64,000 bases of DNA from Oceanispirochaeta sp. (GCA_963666275.2 CAXXOA010000002.1:928001-992000), one strand, 5' to 3'. Counted from the first letter of the stretch, positions 18,863 to 28,951 are shown. Numbers and translations: made by a program. Notes: generated by a model from the sequence alone, not told the origin.

Positions 18863-18940
18863 TAGTTGACAAACTCGGGCAGTACCGAGACAATTCTAAT
18901 CATTGGAGTTATTTATACTCAATGTAAGGAGAATTGTATT

Positions 18941-20149
18941 ATGAAAAAATTCAAAGTGATCCTTCTGGCTGCTCTCCTGCTGTTCATTTCAGGAGCCCTA
19001 TTTGCAGCTGGTGGTCAGGAATCAACAGGTCCCGGCGATGATGCCAAAATGGAAGTTGAGAAAGTTAAAGCAGGGTTTGTTTATATCGGCCCCGCCGGAG
19101 ACTTCGGTTGGACCTATGCTCATGAGCAGGGGCGTCAGTATGTTCAGGACATGTTTCCCTGGCTGGAGACAATCACTGTAGAAAGCGTTCCCGAAGGTGA
19201 TGCTGTCAGATTTATCGACAGACTTGTTCAGCAGCAGAAATGCGATATCATTTTCACAACCAGTTTCGGTTACATGGATGATACTGTCAAAGCCGCTGAA
19301 AAGTATCCTGATGTACAGTTCTACCACTGTTCCGGATATAAAAGAACTCCCAACATGGGGACCTACATGGGCGATATGTATCAGATCTACTATCTCAATG
19401 GTCTGATCGCCGGTGCTATGACCGAGTCTGATAAAATCGGTTATGTCGCGGCTTTCCCCATTCCCGAGCTGTTCCGTCACATGAATGCTTTTGCTCTGGG
19501 TATTAAAGAAGTAAACCCCGAAGCGACTGTCAGTGTTAAATGGACCTACGCCTGGTACGGACCCGACAAAGCCCGTGAAGCGGCAGAAGCTCTGATCTCC
19601 GAAGGCTGTGATGTCCTCGGATTCACCGAAGATACTCCCACAGTTATCGAAGTGGCTCAGGAGCATCAGGAAAAGGGTGAAGATGTTTACGCTCTCAGTC
19701 ACTACAGCCCCATGCAGGTTTACGGTGAAGAAGCCGTCCTGACAGGTCAGCTGACAGACTGGGGTGTTCTGTATGAACAGATCCTGAAAGATTACAAAGC
19801 CGGTAAAACTGAAGACCTGAGCAACTACGACCTGCTCTGGCTCATGAAAGAGGATGCCGTTGAAATGGGTGCTTCCTGGGATGAAAAAATTAATCCCCTT
19901 TATGTGGATGTGCTGAAAGGTAAAATGGTTGAGACCGCCGACTTCGGAAGTATCTCCGTTTATGACCTGGTTATGAAACGGTACGAACAGATGGATCAGG
20001 GACGGGACGTTTTCGATCCTTTCGTCGGACCTATCTACGATCAGGAAGGCAATATGACCATCGCCGACGGCGAAATGGCTTCAATCGGTCACCTCTTTTC
20101 TGAGATGATGTATCAGATTGATAACTTTGCTACTCCCATTCCCCAATAA
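18941..20149 (+). CDS. BMP-family ABC transporter substrate-binding protein (probably purine/nucleoside)
   Basis: GFVYIGPAGDFGWTYAHEQGR and TTSFGYMD BMP/PnrA motifs; AAGGAG RBS. Confidence 0.9.
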   Translation: MKKFKVILLAALLLFISGALFAAGGQESTGPGDDAKMEVEKVKAGFVYIGPAGDFGWTYAHEQGRQYVQDMFPWLETITVESVPEGDAVRFIDRLVQQQKCDIIFTTSFGYMDDTVKAAEKYPDVQFYHCSGYKRTPNMGTYMGDMYQIYYLNGLIAGAMTESDKIGYVAAFPIPELFRHMNAFALGIKEVNPEATVSVKWTYAWYGPDKAREAAEALISEGCDVLGFTEDTPTVIEVAQEHQEKGEDVYALSHYSPMQVYGEEAVLTGQLTDWGVLYEQILKDYKAGKTEDLSNYDLLWLMKEDAVEMGASWDEKINPLYVDVLKGKMVETADFGSISVYDLVMKRYEQMDQGRDVFDPFVGPIYDQEGNMTIADGEMASIGHLFSEMMYQIDNFATPIPQ

Positions 20150-20173
20150 TCCGGGAATATGAGATTTTAGCTA

Positions 20174-20200
20174 CCGGGGACGCTGCGGCGTCCCCGTTTT
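20174..20200 (+). terminator. Stem-loop after the BMP gene (terminator or mRNA stabiliser)
   Basis: CGGGGACGC-tgcg-GCGTCCCCG followed by TTTT. Confidence 0.65.
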
Positions 20201-20258
20201 GTTGCTAAAATGACCTGTTACTTGTAGAATGTAAAAATATCCTTCCGGAGAAATCAAA

Positions 20259-21791
20259 TTGAAAAGAATAGAAAAGCTGGAAATGAAGGGCATTTACAAG
20301 TCCTTTATCGGTGTGAAAGCCAACCAGGATGTCAATCTGACAATTCAGAAAGGGGATATTCTAGGGCTTCTGGGTGAGAACGGCGCCGGGAAAACCACAC
20401 TTATGAATATTCTCTACGGTCTGTACCTTCCTGACGAAGGGGAGATCCTGGTCAATGACAAAGCCATAAGATTGAAAAATCCCAAAGACAGTATGGATGC
20501 CGGCGTGGGGATGATCCATCAGCACTTCATGCTGGTCCAGAAACATTCGGTTCTGGAAAATATAACACTGGGATTCAGGGAAGCCCCCTTCTTTTTCCCC
20601 CAGAAATATATGAGAAACAGGATTGTCGAATATTCTCAGAGATTCGGACTGGAAGTGGATCCGGATAAAAAGATCTGGGAGCTTTCCGCAGGGGAACAGC
20701 AGAGGGTTGAGATCCTGAAAGCCCTGCTGAGGAATGCGGATCTTCTTATAATGGATGAACCCACATCGGTTCTGACTCCCCAGGAAGCGGAAGACCTTTT
20801 TGAAATATTGCGTAAAATGACCAGTGAAGGTCACTCTGTCATCCTGATCAGCCACAAGCTCGAAGAGATCATGAGCATTTGTAACCGGGTCATGGTTATG
20901 CGCAAAGGCTGTGTTACCGGGTCTGCAGAGATCAAGGATGTGACCCAGGTGGATCTGGCCAGGATGATGATCGGCAGAGAGATCTCTACGTCCTACCCCA
21001 AAAAAGAGATCGAACCGGGAAAAACAGTTCTTGATGTCAGCGGCCTCAGAGTCAACAGCGATCAGGGTCTGCCCATCGTTGATAATCTGAGTTTTGAAAT
21101 CCGCGCCAACGAAATTCTGGGGATTGCCGGAGTTTCAGGAAACGGTCAGCGGGAAATGGTGGAAGCTGTAACAGGACTGCGGAAAGTTGAATCCGGAATG
21201 GTTCATCTGGACGGAGAGGATATTACCAACAAGTCGGCCCGGAAAATCCATAATCTGGGAATTACCCATGTTCCCGAAGAGCGGATCAAGTTCGGTACGG
21301 TTGCCAATCTTCAGCTTTTTGAAAATTCCGTGCTCAAACAGCATCACCGCATGCCTTTCAGCAGGAATATGCTTATGAACTATCCGGTGATCAGAAAACA
21401 CGCCCTCAAACTGGTGGATCAGTACAATGTGGATGCCGCCTCGATCAATACACCTGTAAAGAACCTCTCAGGAGGAAACATGCAGAAGCTGATTCTGGGC
21501 CGGGAAATCTCCGTGGGCCCGAATCTTCTTATTGCCGCCCATCCCACCTACGGTCTGGATGTGGGAGCCGCAGAGTATATCCGGAAGGAACTGATCCGCT
21601 GCCGGGACGAGGGCGGCGCTGTCCTCCTGGTTTCGGAGGATCTGGAAGAGCTGTTCCAGGTCTGCGACAGGATCGCTGTCATGTTTGAAGGAAAGTTCAT
21701 GGGCATTGTAGATCCCTCGGACTGCGTGGTGGATGATATCGGCCTGATGATGGCCGGATCGACAGATCTTGGATCGGGAGAGTGCCTGTAA
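20259..21791 (+). CDS. ABC transporter ATP-binding protein (CUT2/nucleoside type, two ABC domains)
   Basis: GENGAGKTT, LSAGEQQRVEI and LSGGNMQK motifs; TTG start. Confidence 0.93.
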   Translation: MKRIEKLEMKGIYKSFIGVKANQDVNLTIQKGDILGLLGENGAGKTTLMNILYGLYLPDEGEILVNDKAIRLKNPKDSMDAGVGMIHQHFMLVQKHSVLENITLGFREAPFFFPQKYMRNRIVEYSQRFGLEVDPDKKIWELSAGEQQRVEILKALLRNADLLIMDEPTSVLTPQEAEDLFEILRKMTSEGHSVILISHKLEEIMSICNRVMVMRKGCVTGSAEIKDVTQVDLARMMIGREISTSYPKKEIEPGKTVLDVSGLRVNSDQGLPIVDNLSFEIRANEILGIAGVSGNGQREMVEAVTGLRKVESGMVHLDGEDITNKSARKIHNLGITHVPEERIKFGTVANLQLFENSVLKQHHRMPFSRNMLMNYPVIRKHALKLVDQYNVDAASINTPVKNLSGGNMQKLILGREISVGPNLLIAAHPTYGLDVGAAEYIRKELIRCRDEGGAVLLVSEDLEELFQVCDRIAVMFEGKFMGIVDPSDCVVDDIGLMMAGSTDLGSGECL

Positions 21792-21792
21792 T

Positions 21793-22869
21793 ATGTCAGT
21801 AGTAATTCTGCCGAGGGAAAAGGCTTCCCCGGCGTTCAATTTTGTTGTTCTTGTTTCATCCCTCCTGGCGGGTCTTGTCGCTGTGGGGATTGTATTTCTG
21901 ATCAAAGGGATTAACCCCTTTTTCGCCATCGGTGAAATCTTCATAGCCTCTTTCGGCAGCAGTTTCGGTATCAAAGAAACCCTGACCAAGGCTATTCCCC
22001 TCATTCTGATCGGTAGCGGACTGGCCCTGGCATATCGGGCCAAGTTCTGGAATATCGGAGCGGAGAGCCAGCTACTTTTCGGAGCGATCTTTGCCACATG
22101 GGTGGGACTCCACTGGGGTCCGGGTCTCCCTTCGATCGTTATTATTCCCCTTATGTTTCTGGCCGGGTTCATCGGCGGTGCTCTCTGGGGAATTGTCCCT
22201 GCGATTTTTAAAGTGAAGTTCGGTATCAACGAAGTCATTTCGACACTGATGCTTAACTATATCGCTGCGGAATTTGTGAAATTTCTTGTTGTAGGCCCCT
22301 GGAAGGGCGCTACCAAATACGGCTATCCCTATACGGATGATCTGCCCGAGCAGGCGATTCTGAAGCTGCTGCCCGATTCCAGGATCTCTCTGTTCCTGCT
22401 GATTCTGGCTGTGGTAACGGCCCTGGTCCTCTGGTTTCTTGTTTTCCGGACCCGTTTCGGATATGAAATCCGGGTTATAGGAGAAAACCCCGAAGCGGGT
22501 CGTTACGCGGGAATCGACTTTTTCAGAACCTCTCTGATCATGATGGCCATCAGCGGCGGCGTGGCCGGTCTGGCCGGAGCGGGAGAGCTGGCGGCTATTC
22601 ATCTGCATCTGAGCTATCCCGAGACCATCAGCGCCGGATACGGTTTTACAGCCATCATCGTGGCCTGGCTCGGAAGGCTGAATCCGGCCTTCTCCATCTT
22701 CTCCGGACTCTTCTTTGCGGGGATCATTGTGGGGGGAGATGCCATTCAGATGTCCATGGGGCTGCCTGCTGCGACTGTAAACGTCTTCAACGGCCTGATC
22801 CTTGTGTTTCTGATCATGGGTGACTTTTTTCTCAGTCACCGCGTTAAATTCCAAAGGAGCCAAAACTGA
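21793..22869 (+). CDS. ABC transporter permease (nucleoside type)
   Basis: WNIGAESQ, NEVISTLMLNY and GYGFTAIIVAWLG motifs. Confidence 0.92.
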   Translation: MSVVILPREKASPAFNFVVLVSSLLAGLVAVGIVFLIKGINPFFAIGEIFIASFGSSFGIKETLTKAIPLILIGSGLALAYRAKFWNIGAESQLLFGAIFATWVGLHWGPGLPSIVIIPLMFLAGFIGGALWGIVPAIFKVKFGINEVISTLMLNYIAAEFVKFLVVGPWKGATKYGYPYTDDLPEQAILKLLPDSRISLFLLILAVVTALVLWFLVFRTRFGYEIRVIGENPEAGRYAGIDFFRTSLIMMAISGGVAGLAGAGELAAIHLHLSYPETISAGYGFTAIIVAWLGRLNPAFSIFSGLFFAGIIVGGDAIQMSMGLPAATVNVFNGLILVFLIMGDFFLSHRVKFQRSQN

Positions 22870-23795
22870 TGCTTGAAATAATCACTTCAATACTGGTCCG
22901 GACTGTTGTTGCCGGAACCCCTCTCCTGCTGGGGACTCTGGGGGAAGTTATTACGGAACGGGCCGGAATCCTCAACCTGGGAGTGGAAGGGATGATGTCT
23001 CTGGGAGCGGTTACCGGTTTTATCGTGACCTTTACTACAGGCAATCCCTGGCTGGGAATGATTGCCGCTATTATAGCGGGAGCCCTGATCTCGGTGCTCC
23101 ATGCTTTTGTTACTGTGAGCCTCAGGGCCAATCAGGTTGTTTCGGGTCTCTCCCTCACCATGCTGGGGCTGGGACTGAGCGGACTCTGGGGAAAACCCTA
23201 CATCGGCCGTCCCCTGACAATCAAAATGAGCGCCATTGCCATTCCGGGACTCTCGGATATCCCCGTTATAGGCAAGGTTCTGTTCTATCAGGATGCCTAC
23301 TTCTACCTGTCTGTCCTGCTGGGACTGATTGTGTGGTTTGCCCTGAAATATACCAAAATGGGAATAACACTCCGTTCGGTGGGAGAAAATCCCAAAGCTG
23401 CGGAGACTCTGGGAATCAATGTCACCCTTGTGAAGTACATCAGTGTCATGGCCGGAGGAGCTTTTGCCGGTATGGCGGGAGCCCATCTTTCCACGGCCTA
23501 CAGTAAATCCTGGATCGAAGGGATGACTTCCGGTCGGGGATGGATTGTTATTGCTCTGACCATCTTTTCCCTCTGGGATCCGGGCAAAGCCTTTCTGGGT
23601 GCCTATGTCTTCGGAGGTATTTTTGTTATCCAGTATGTTCTGCAGCCTCTGGGGATCTCTCCCAACCTTCTGGCCATGCTGCCCTATGCCACCACTCTGG
23701 GTGTTCTGCTCTTCTACGGAATGAGCAAGGGCGGGAAGAAGAAAATGAGTTCTCCCGCAACCCTGGGGGAAGCCTACATCAGGGGGAGCCGGTAA
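22869..23795 (+). CDS. ABC transporter permease (nucleoside type)
   Basis: ERAGILNLGVEGMM, GENPKAA and GRGWIVIAL motifs. Confidence 0.92.
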   Translation: MLEIITSILVRTVVAGTPLLLGTLGEVITERAGILNLGVEGMMSLGAVTGFIVTFTTGNPWLGMIAAIIAGALISVLHAFVTVSLRANQVVSGLSLTMLGLGLSGLWGKPYIGRPLTIKMSAIAIPGLSDIPVIGKVLFYQDAYFYLSVLLGLIVWFALKYTKMGITLRSVGENPKAAETLGINVTLVKYISVMAGGAFAGMAGAHLSTAYSKSWIEGMTSGRGWIVIALTIFSLWDPGKAFLGAYVFGGIFVIQYVLQPLGISPNLLAMLPYATTLGVLLFYGMSKGGKKKMSSPATLGEAYIRGSR

Positions 23796-26166
23796 TTTCC
23801 AGCTCTTCCGCGCTGTATGGCATGAGATAGAGAGCTTCTCCTCTGGGGAAGCTCTCCATTTTTTTATAAAACTCCAGCAGATACTGAAGATCATCCGGAA
23901 GGAAGTTTTCGTAGGCTTTTTCCTGATAACCCATCCAGGGGAAGGCCCTGTCCATAATGCCGATTCCCCGGCCCGGGACTATCTCCAGAACTCGCACGCT
24001 GTTCAGCCCCGCCGTCTGTCTGGCATAGCTGACAGCTTCCGACAGACCTCCTGTCATATCGGCAAGGCCCTTTTCCACGGCCTGGGTTCCCGTCCAGACT
24101 CTCCCCTGGGCCAGCTGGTCTATCTGATCTTCCCCGACAGGACGGTGTTCCACGACCAGAGAGGTGAACTGGCTGTAGATCGACCTGATATACTCTTCCA
24201 TATTTTCCCGCTCCGAATCGGTAAAGCCTCTCAGGACAGTTCCTGTATCGGCTCCTTCCGCTGTTTTGACTGTATCACTGCCTATTCTGAGTTTTTCAAG
24301 AAGACCTGAGATATCAGGGAATACGGAAACCACTCCGATCGAACCGGTAATGCTTCCCGGAGACGCTATGATGGTGTCCGCGGGAGCGGCAATGTAATAC
24401 CCTCCTGAAGCAGCGGATCCCCCCATGGAGACAATCACGGGTTTGCTGTTCCTTCCGGTTCTGCAGAGGGCTACCTCCCGGGCTATCAGGTCCGATGCCA
24501 GGGAGGAACCGCCTCCCGAATTGATTCTCAGGATAATCGCTTTGACCATGGGGTTGTTTCTGGCTCCCCTTATCGCTGATGCCAGAGAGTCGGATCCGAT
24601 GGACTGCCCGGCGATTCCTGTTCCGCTGATGATATTCCCCTGGGCATAGATCACGGCTATCAGGGGTTTTCCCGAACCCTCCCATTCGTAATCCATTCTG
24701 TTAGCCGAAAGGGAGTAGGGAAGGAGTGTCAGTTTCTCTTCTTCCAGAAGGCTCAGGAACTGATCTTCGTAGTAGATCCCGTCAATCATTCCCAGTTCCA
24801 GAGCCCTGGAGGCATGAATAAAGGGCCCCTGGTTGAGGATCTCCTCCGGCGTTTTGCTGAATCTGTCCCGCCGTCCCTGTGTGAGCATTCGCAGCTGCTC
24901 CCTGTGAAGCCCGGCAAAAAGGTTCTCCAGAGAGGCCCTCTCCTGGTCTGTCATGGACGATTCAGAGAGGTTGTTGAAGGCTGTCTTATAGGGATGACTC
25001 CGGAAATTCTGAAAAATGATTCCCCAATCTGCCAGAAAATCCCTGAAATAGAGATGGGAAGTGGAGAAGCCTCGCAGATTGACAGATCCGGCGGGAGACA
25101 GATAGATCGCGTCCCCTGCGGAAGCCGCCAGAGTGTAGGGGAAATTTTCGATGGAATCGTAATAAAAGTAGATCTTTTTGCCCGAATCCCTGACCTCTTT
25201 CAGCAGCTTTTCAATCTCCAGGAGATTGGCAAAGGATGTCCGGAACTCCTGATTCCGGAAAATCAGGGCCTTTACGGATTTCTCCAGCTTAATCTGCTCC
25301 ATATCCCGGATAAAATCCATAAGGCTTCTTGTGCCGTTCCAGGTTACCTCAGACCGGTATCCCGGTGCCGGAGCATCGATGATGGTCCGGGCCATATCAT
25401 AGACAATGGCTTTCCGGAACCCTGAATCGGCCAGACTCCTCTGCTTTTTGAAGGTGCTGTAGAAGTGAAAATCTCCCTGCTGAAAAGGAGTCTCTTCAGA
25501 GCCTGTGGTGCTTGTTCCCGCTTCTCCGTGGCCCAGCGCCATGGCCGCACCCAGAGTCACGGTCTCATCCCGGAAGTTATAGGAACCCGAAAGCTTCAGT
25601 CCATCCAGGGGTTCCAGGGATAATCCTCCTGTAAGGGGTGTATATTCGGATTTCTCCCAGCGGGCATCGGTCCATAATGTGAACCTGCTGCCCAGGGCTT
25701 TGCTGAAAAACAGGGGGCGGAACCCGATTCCCGTAATGCCGTAGGGATCCTCTGTCAGATCTTCTCCCTTCAGGGACAGTGACAGAAAAGAGAGGGGGCG
25801 ATAGAGAAGAGACAGGCCGAAATTGACATCCCGGTTGTTCTCTCTTATCCAGGCCACGGAGGCTCCCCCGTAGAGTCCCTGGCCCATTCTGGTTCCTGCT
25901 GAAAAAAGGTGTTCTCCGTATTCAGGTGTTTTCAGATAACTGTAGGCCATGGGCCCCAGAGAAAATATCAGATCAAATTCCTGAAGGAGTCCCTCTTTGT
26001 CATACCCCTGTCTGTATCCCATTCCCATGGAATTACCCACCCCCATGGCAGCGGGATTGCTGAGAGGAGCGGCTGTCTGGTCCTCAACGGCTGTGGCGAT
26101 ATCCCGGGAAAAGAGCAGGACCGGGAGGAGAAGAAGGGCAAGTCCTAACTTGGTTTTCAGATTCAT
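23779..26166 (-). CDS. sppA: Signal peptide peptidase SppA (S49, two-domain) with an extra N-terminal domain
   Basis: YKTA (Lys), RINSGGGS, AASGGY (Ser), TGSIGV and GRVWTG motifs, plus a signal peptide and about 240 extra N-terminal residues. Confidence 0.88.
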   Translation of the reverse strand: MNLKTKLGLALLLLPVLLFSRDIATAVEDQTAAPLSNPAAMGVGNSMGMGYRQGYDKEGLLQEFDLIFSLGPMAYSYLKTPEYGEHLFSAGTRMGQGLYGGASVAWIRENNRDVNFGLSLLYRPLSFLSLSLKGEDLTEDPYGITGIGFRPLFFSKALGSRFTLWTDARWEKSEYTPLTGGLSLEPLDGLKLSGSYNFRDETVTLGAAMALGHGEAGTSTTGSEETPFQQGDFHFYSTFKKQRSLADSGFRKAIVYDMARTIIDAPAPGYRSEVTWNGTRSLMDFIRDMEQIKLEKSVKALIFRNQEFRTSFANLLEIEKLLKEVRDSGKKIYFYYDSIENFPYTLAASAGDAIYLSPAGSVNLRGFSTSHLYFRDFLADWGIIFQNFRSHPYKTAFNNLSESSMTDQERASLENLFAGLHREQLRMLTQGRRDRFSKTPEEILNQGPFIHASRALELGMIDGIYYEDQFLSLLEEEKLTLLPYSLSANRMDYEWEGSGKPLIAVIYAQGNIISGTGIAGQSIGSDSLASAIRGARNNPMVKAIILRINSGGGSSLASDLIAREVALCRTGRNSKPVIVSMGGSAASGGYYIAAPADTIIASPGSITGSIGVVSVFPDISGLLEKLRIGSDTVKTAEGADTGTVLRGFTDSERENMEEYIRSIYSQFTSLVVEHRPVGEDQIDQLAQGRVWTGTQAVEKGLADMTGGLSEAVSYARQTAGLNSVRVLEIVPGRGIGIMDRAFPWMGYQEKAYENFLPDDLQYLLEFYKKMESFPRGEALYLMPYSAEELEITGSP

Positions 26167-26178
26167 AAGGCCTCCGGT

Positions 26179-26976
26179 TTATACAAGTCTGAGAAATCTG
26201 AGAAGATTCTCCCTGAACTGATTATGAACCAATGTTTCTCTTTTGCCGACCATTGATCCGTAAAATTGGTATATTTCCCTGATCTGATCCGCCTTGGCGG
26301 GAGTCCTGAACAGCCAGGGCCAGGCGGATGGGTTGTCTGTTTCGGGAAGAAGACGTTCCGGAGGGATCTTTTCCAGTATCCTTTTTGTATAGCTTCCCGG
26401 AGCTTCCGGCTGGCACAGAGCCGCTGGGGGAATGGTAAAGAAACATCCCAGGCACAGATAGGCGGAGATGAGCTCCTCCGGCCCGTCATACCAGTGGATC
26501 AGCAGAGGGTTTCTATGGGAGGATATCAGTTTCAGAACCTCTTCTTCCGCCCCTTTGGTATGGATGGTTACGGGTTTTGTGTACCTCTCCGCCAGAGTCA
26601 GCTGCCTCTTGAACAGGGGGATCTGCTTTTCCAGCGGGGAGTTTTCGGGGGCCCAGACCGTATCCAGTCCTATCTCGTTAATCATTAAAGTCCGGCTGTA
26701 CTCAGCACTCTGATCATCCAGATCCTCTATCGAATAGGAACCGCTTTTCCATGGGTGAATCCCCGCACAGGGAATGATCCATTCGGATTTTTCAGCCAGA
26801 GAGCTGTTGCGCTCCCATGAAAGCATATCCGTACCGGCGCTGAAGCAGAGGATCTTCTCTTTCTCCAAATGACTGAAAAGCCTCTCTTCCTCCTGAGGAG
26901 GGTAGCTGTCGCAATGGCAGTGTATATCAATATAGGAACAGGAGGTGATCCTTCTTTTCAGTTCACCGGGAGTCAT
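26179..26976 (-). CDS. TatD-family hydrolase
   Basis: DIHCH, GIHPW, EIGLD, IHT, IHW and ETD motifs. Confidence 0.88.
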   Translation of the reverse strand: MTPGELKRRITSCSYIDIHCHCDSYPPQEEERLFSHLEKEKILCFSAGTDMLSWERNSSLAEKSEWIIPCAGIHPWKSGSYSIEDLDDQSAEYSRTLMINEIGLDTVWAPENSPLEKQIPLFKRQLTLAERYTKPVTIHTKGAEEEVLKLISSHRNPLLIHWYDGPEELISAYLCLGCFFTIPPAALCQPEAPGSYTKRILEKIPPERLLPETDNPSAWPWLFRTPAKADQIREIYQFYGSMVGKRETLVHNQFRENLLRFLRLV

Positions 26977-26979
26977 GGC

Positions 26980-28299
26980 TTATTTGAATTTATACACAAG
27001 AATCCGGGAATTCCTGTCTTTGTTGTAGAGAGCCCTTTTGGCTTCCGGAAGAGATTCCAGCCCGGCAGGGGTGAATCCCAGATTAACAAACCAGTCCGAG
27101 GTCTGGGTGGTGAGGACAAAGATTTCCTCCAGCCCCATATCCCTGCCTTTCTCGAGCAGAAAAGAGACCATCTTGCGGCCTATATTCAGATGGACAAAGC
27201 GGTTCTCCACCGCCAGGCCGGCGATCTCCGCCTTTTTCTCTTCATAGAGATGAAGAGCCGCACAGCCGTGAAGGATTCCGTCCATGGCATAGACCACGAA
27301 ATCGTCAATCTGCGACTCCAGCTGGACTCTGTTCCGGGGAACAAGGATCCCTTTATCCACAAAGGGTTTCATAAGGCTCAGGACGCTGGAGATGTCCTTG
27401 TTCTCCATGGGCCGGATGCGCTCATATATATTGGAGTAGATCATGGTTCCGATACCCAGGTTGGAGAAGATCTCCTTCAGGACAGATCCTTCGATCCTTC
27501 CGTCCAGAATATGAACCCGGTCCACCCCATCCTGACAGGCTGAAACGGCCAGTTCTATCTTTTTGATCAGGGGATTCTCGCTGTTGAGCCTGATAAACTG
27601 CTCCGCCTGGGACACAGACAGTTTCGACAGGCGTCCTTCCGGGCTTATACTGGCATCATCGGGAATCTTGCATGTCGCTTCGGTGAGGCTGTCTTCGGCG
27701 GAAACAAAAAAGAGTTTATTGGCTCCCATGCTCCGGGCAATGACAAGGGACAGTTCGTCTGAAGATATATTGTAGGGATCTCCGTTGCTGTTCCATCCTA
27801 TACAGGGAAAAATCGGGATATGCCCCTCTTTCAGAAGGGTATGAACCGCATCGGTCTGAATCTTTTCCACAGTTCCCGTGTGCTTGTAGTCGACGCCGTT
27901 CACAACGCCTATGGCTCTGGCCTTGACCCAGCTGCCGATCACCGAGGGGATCCCGTTCCCCGACAGCAGGGTCATCACTTTATTGGATACATCAAAGGCG
28001 GCCATTTTAATAAAGTTGATGCTCTCCTCGGTGGAGATGCGGACATCGTTTTCGGTCTCGTAGGGGATCCTGTACTGATTCAGAATTTCATTGATCCTGA
28101 CATGGGCGCCGGGAATAATGATGATTTTTATTCCGTTCTGATGGAGCAGTGCCAGATCTTTCACAAGCAGAGAGAAGTAGGGATGATCAATAATGGGGCT
28201 GTCTATTTTCAGAACAAAAAGGGAGTCCTGAAAACGGCGGTTATAGGAGAAGACCTCCCGGATCAGGTCTACATGTTCTCTCATCTGATTGCTGTCCAT
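26980..28299 (-). CDS. argA: Amino-acid N-acetyltransferase (N-acetylglutamate synthase; kinase-like + GNAT domains)
   Basis: AAK-like N domain (NGVDYKHTGTV, RVHILDG) plus GNAT C domain (LTTQTSDWF, RNSRI). GGAGG precedes ATG 28299. Confidence 0.9.
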   Translation of the reverse strand: MDSNQMREHVDLIREVFSYNRRFQDSLFVLKIDSPIIDHPYFSLLVKDLALLHQNGIKIIIIPGAHVRINEILNQYRIPYETENDVRISTEESINFIKMAAFDVSNKVMTLLSGNGIPSVIGSWVKARAIGVVNGVDYKHTGTVEKIQTDAVHTLLKEGHIPIFPCIGWNSNGDPYNISSDELSLVIARSMGANKLFFVSAEDSLTEATCKIPDDASISPEGRLSKLSVSQAEQFIRLNSENPLIKKIELAVSACQDGVDRVHILDGRIEGSVLKEIFSNLGIGTMIYSNIYERIRPMENKDISSVLSLMKPFVDKGILVPRNRVQLESQIDDFVVYAMDGILHGCAALHLYEEKKAEIAGLAVENRFVHLNIGRKMVSFLLEKGRDMGLEEIFVLTTQTSDWFVNLGFTPAGLESLPEAKRALYNKDRNSRILVYKFK

Positions 28300-28465
28300 C
28301 GACACCTCCCTGTTTCATATATCATTCCGTCACCCCGATGGAATGTCAAGTGTGAAACTTAAAGAATCCTCAGTTGCGGTAACAGGTATTTTCCGGTTAT
28401 AGTGAGGGATCAATTCCGGTTTGGAGTCGAACAGGGGACACAAGCCTTCAGGAGAGAAGATAAAA

Positions 28466-28942
28466 ATGAGTGAGAAACTGAAAAACCAGGATCAGGTTCA
28501 GAAGTTCTGGGCAAAAAAAGAAGCTGCTCTCGGAGGAAAAGTGGTTTTTCAAACCTATGTGACCTATCTCGGAGATGCCGGTACGGGAGAATACAACGGC
28601 AGAGGCGGCCTTTTTTATGTCATCAATGACAGGCTCTATTTTGAAGACTTTGAAAAATTCAATGCTCTGATGGCACTGCTCAACCGGAAAGACGATGATT
28701 ATGAAAAAACGGAATTTTCCATTCCTCTGAAAGATATTTCCCAGATGTACAAAGTCAGTGAAAAAGACGCCAAAGCCTGCATCGACGGTCAGCTGCCGGA
28801 GGACCGTATTCCCGAAATGAGCAGGCTCAGATCCTTTTTCAGCCGAGGGTTCTGTAAGATCGTTGCCGCCGGAAGGCCCACCATGTTTATGGAGATCATG
28901 GAAGAGGACGCCCTTCTGAAGCTCCTTCCCAATCTCAGCTGA
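28466..28942 (+). CDS. Hypothetical protein
   Basis: Clean ORF with AGGAG upstream of ATG 28466 and coding-like composition. No motif recognised. Confidence 0.7.
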   Translation: MSEKLKNQDQVQKFWAKKEAALGGKVVFQTYVTYLGDAGTGEYNGRGGLFYVINDRLYFEDFEKFNALMALLNRKDDDYEKTEFSIPLKDISQMYKVSEKDAKACIDGQLPEDRIPEMSRLRSFFSRGFCKIVAAGRPTMFMEIMEEDALLKLLPNLS

Positions 28943-28951
28943 TATCCGATC

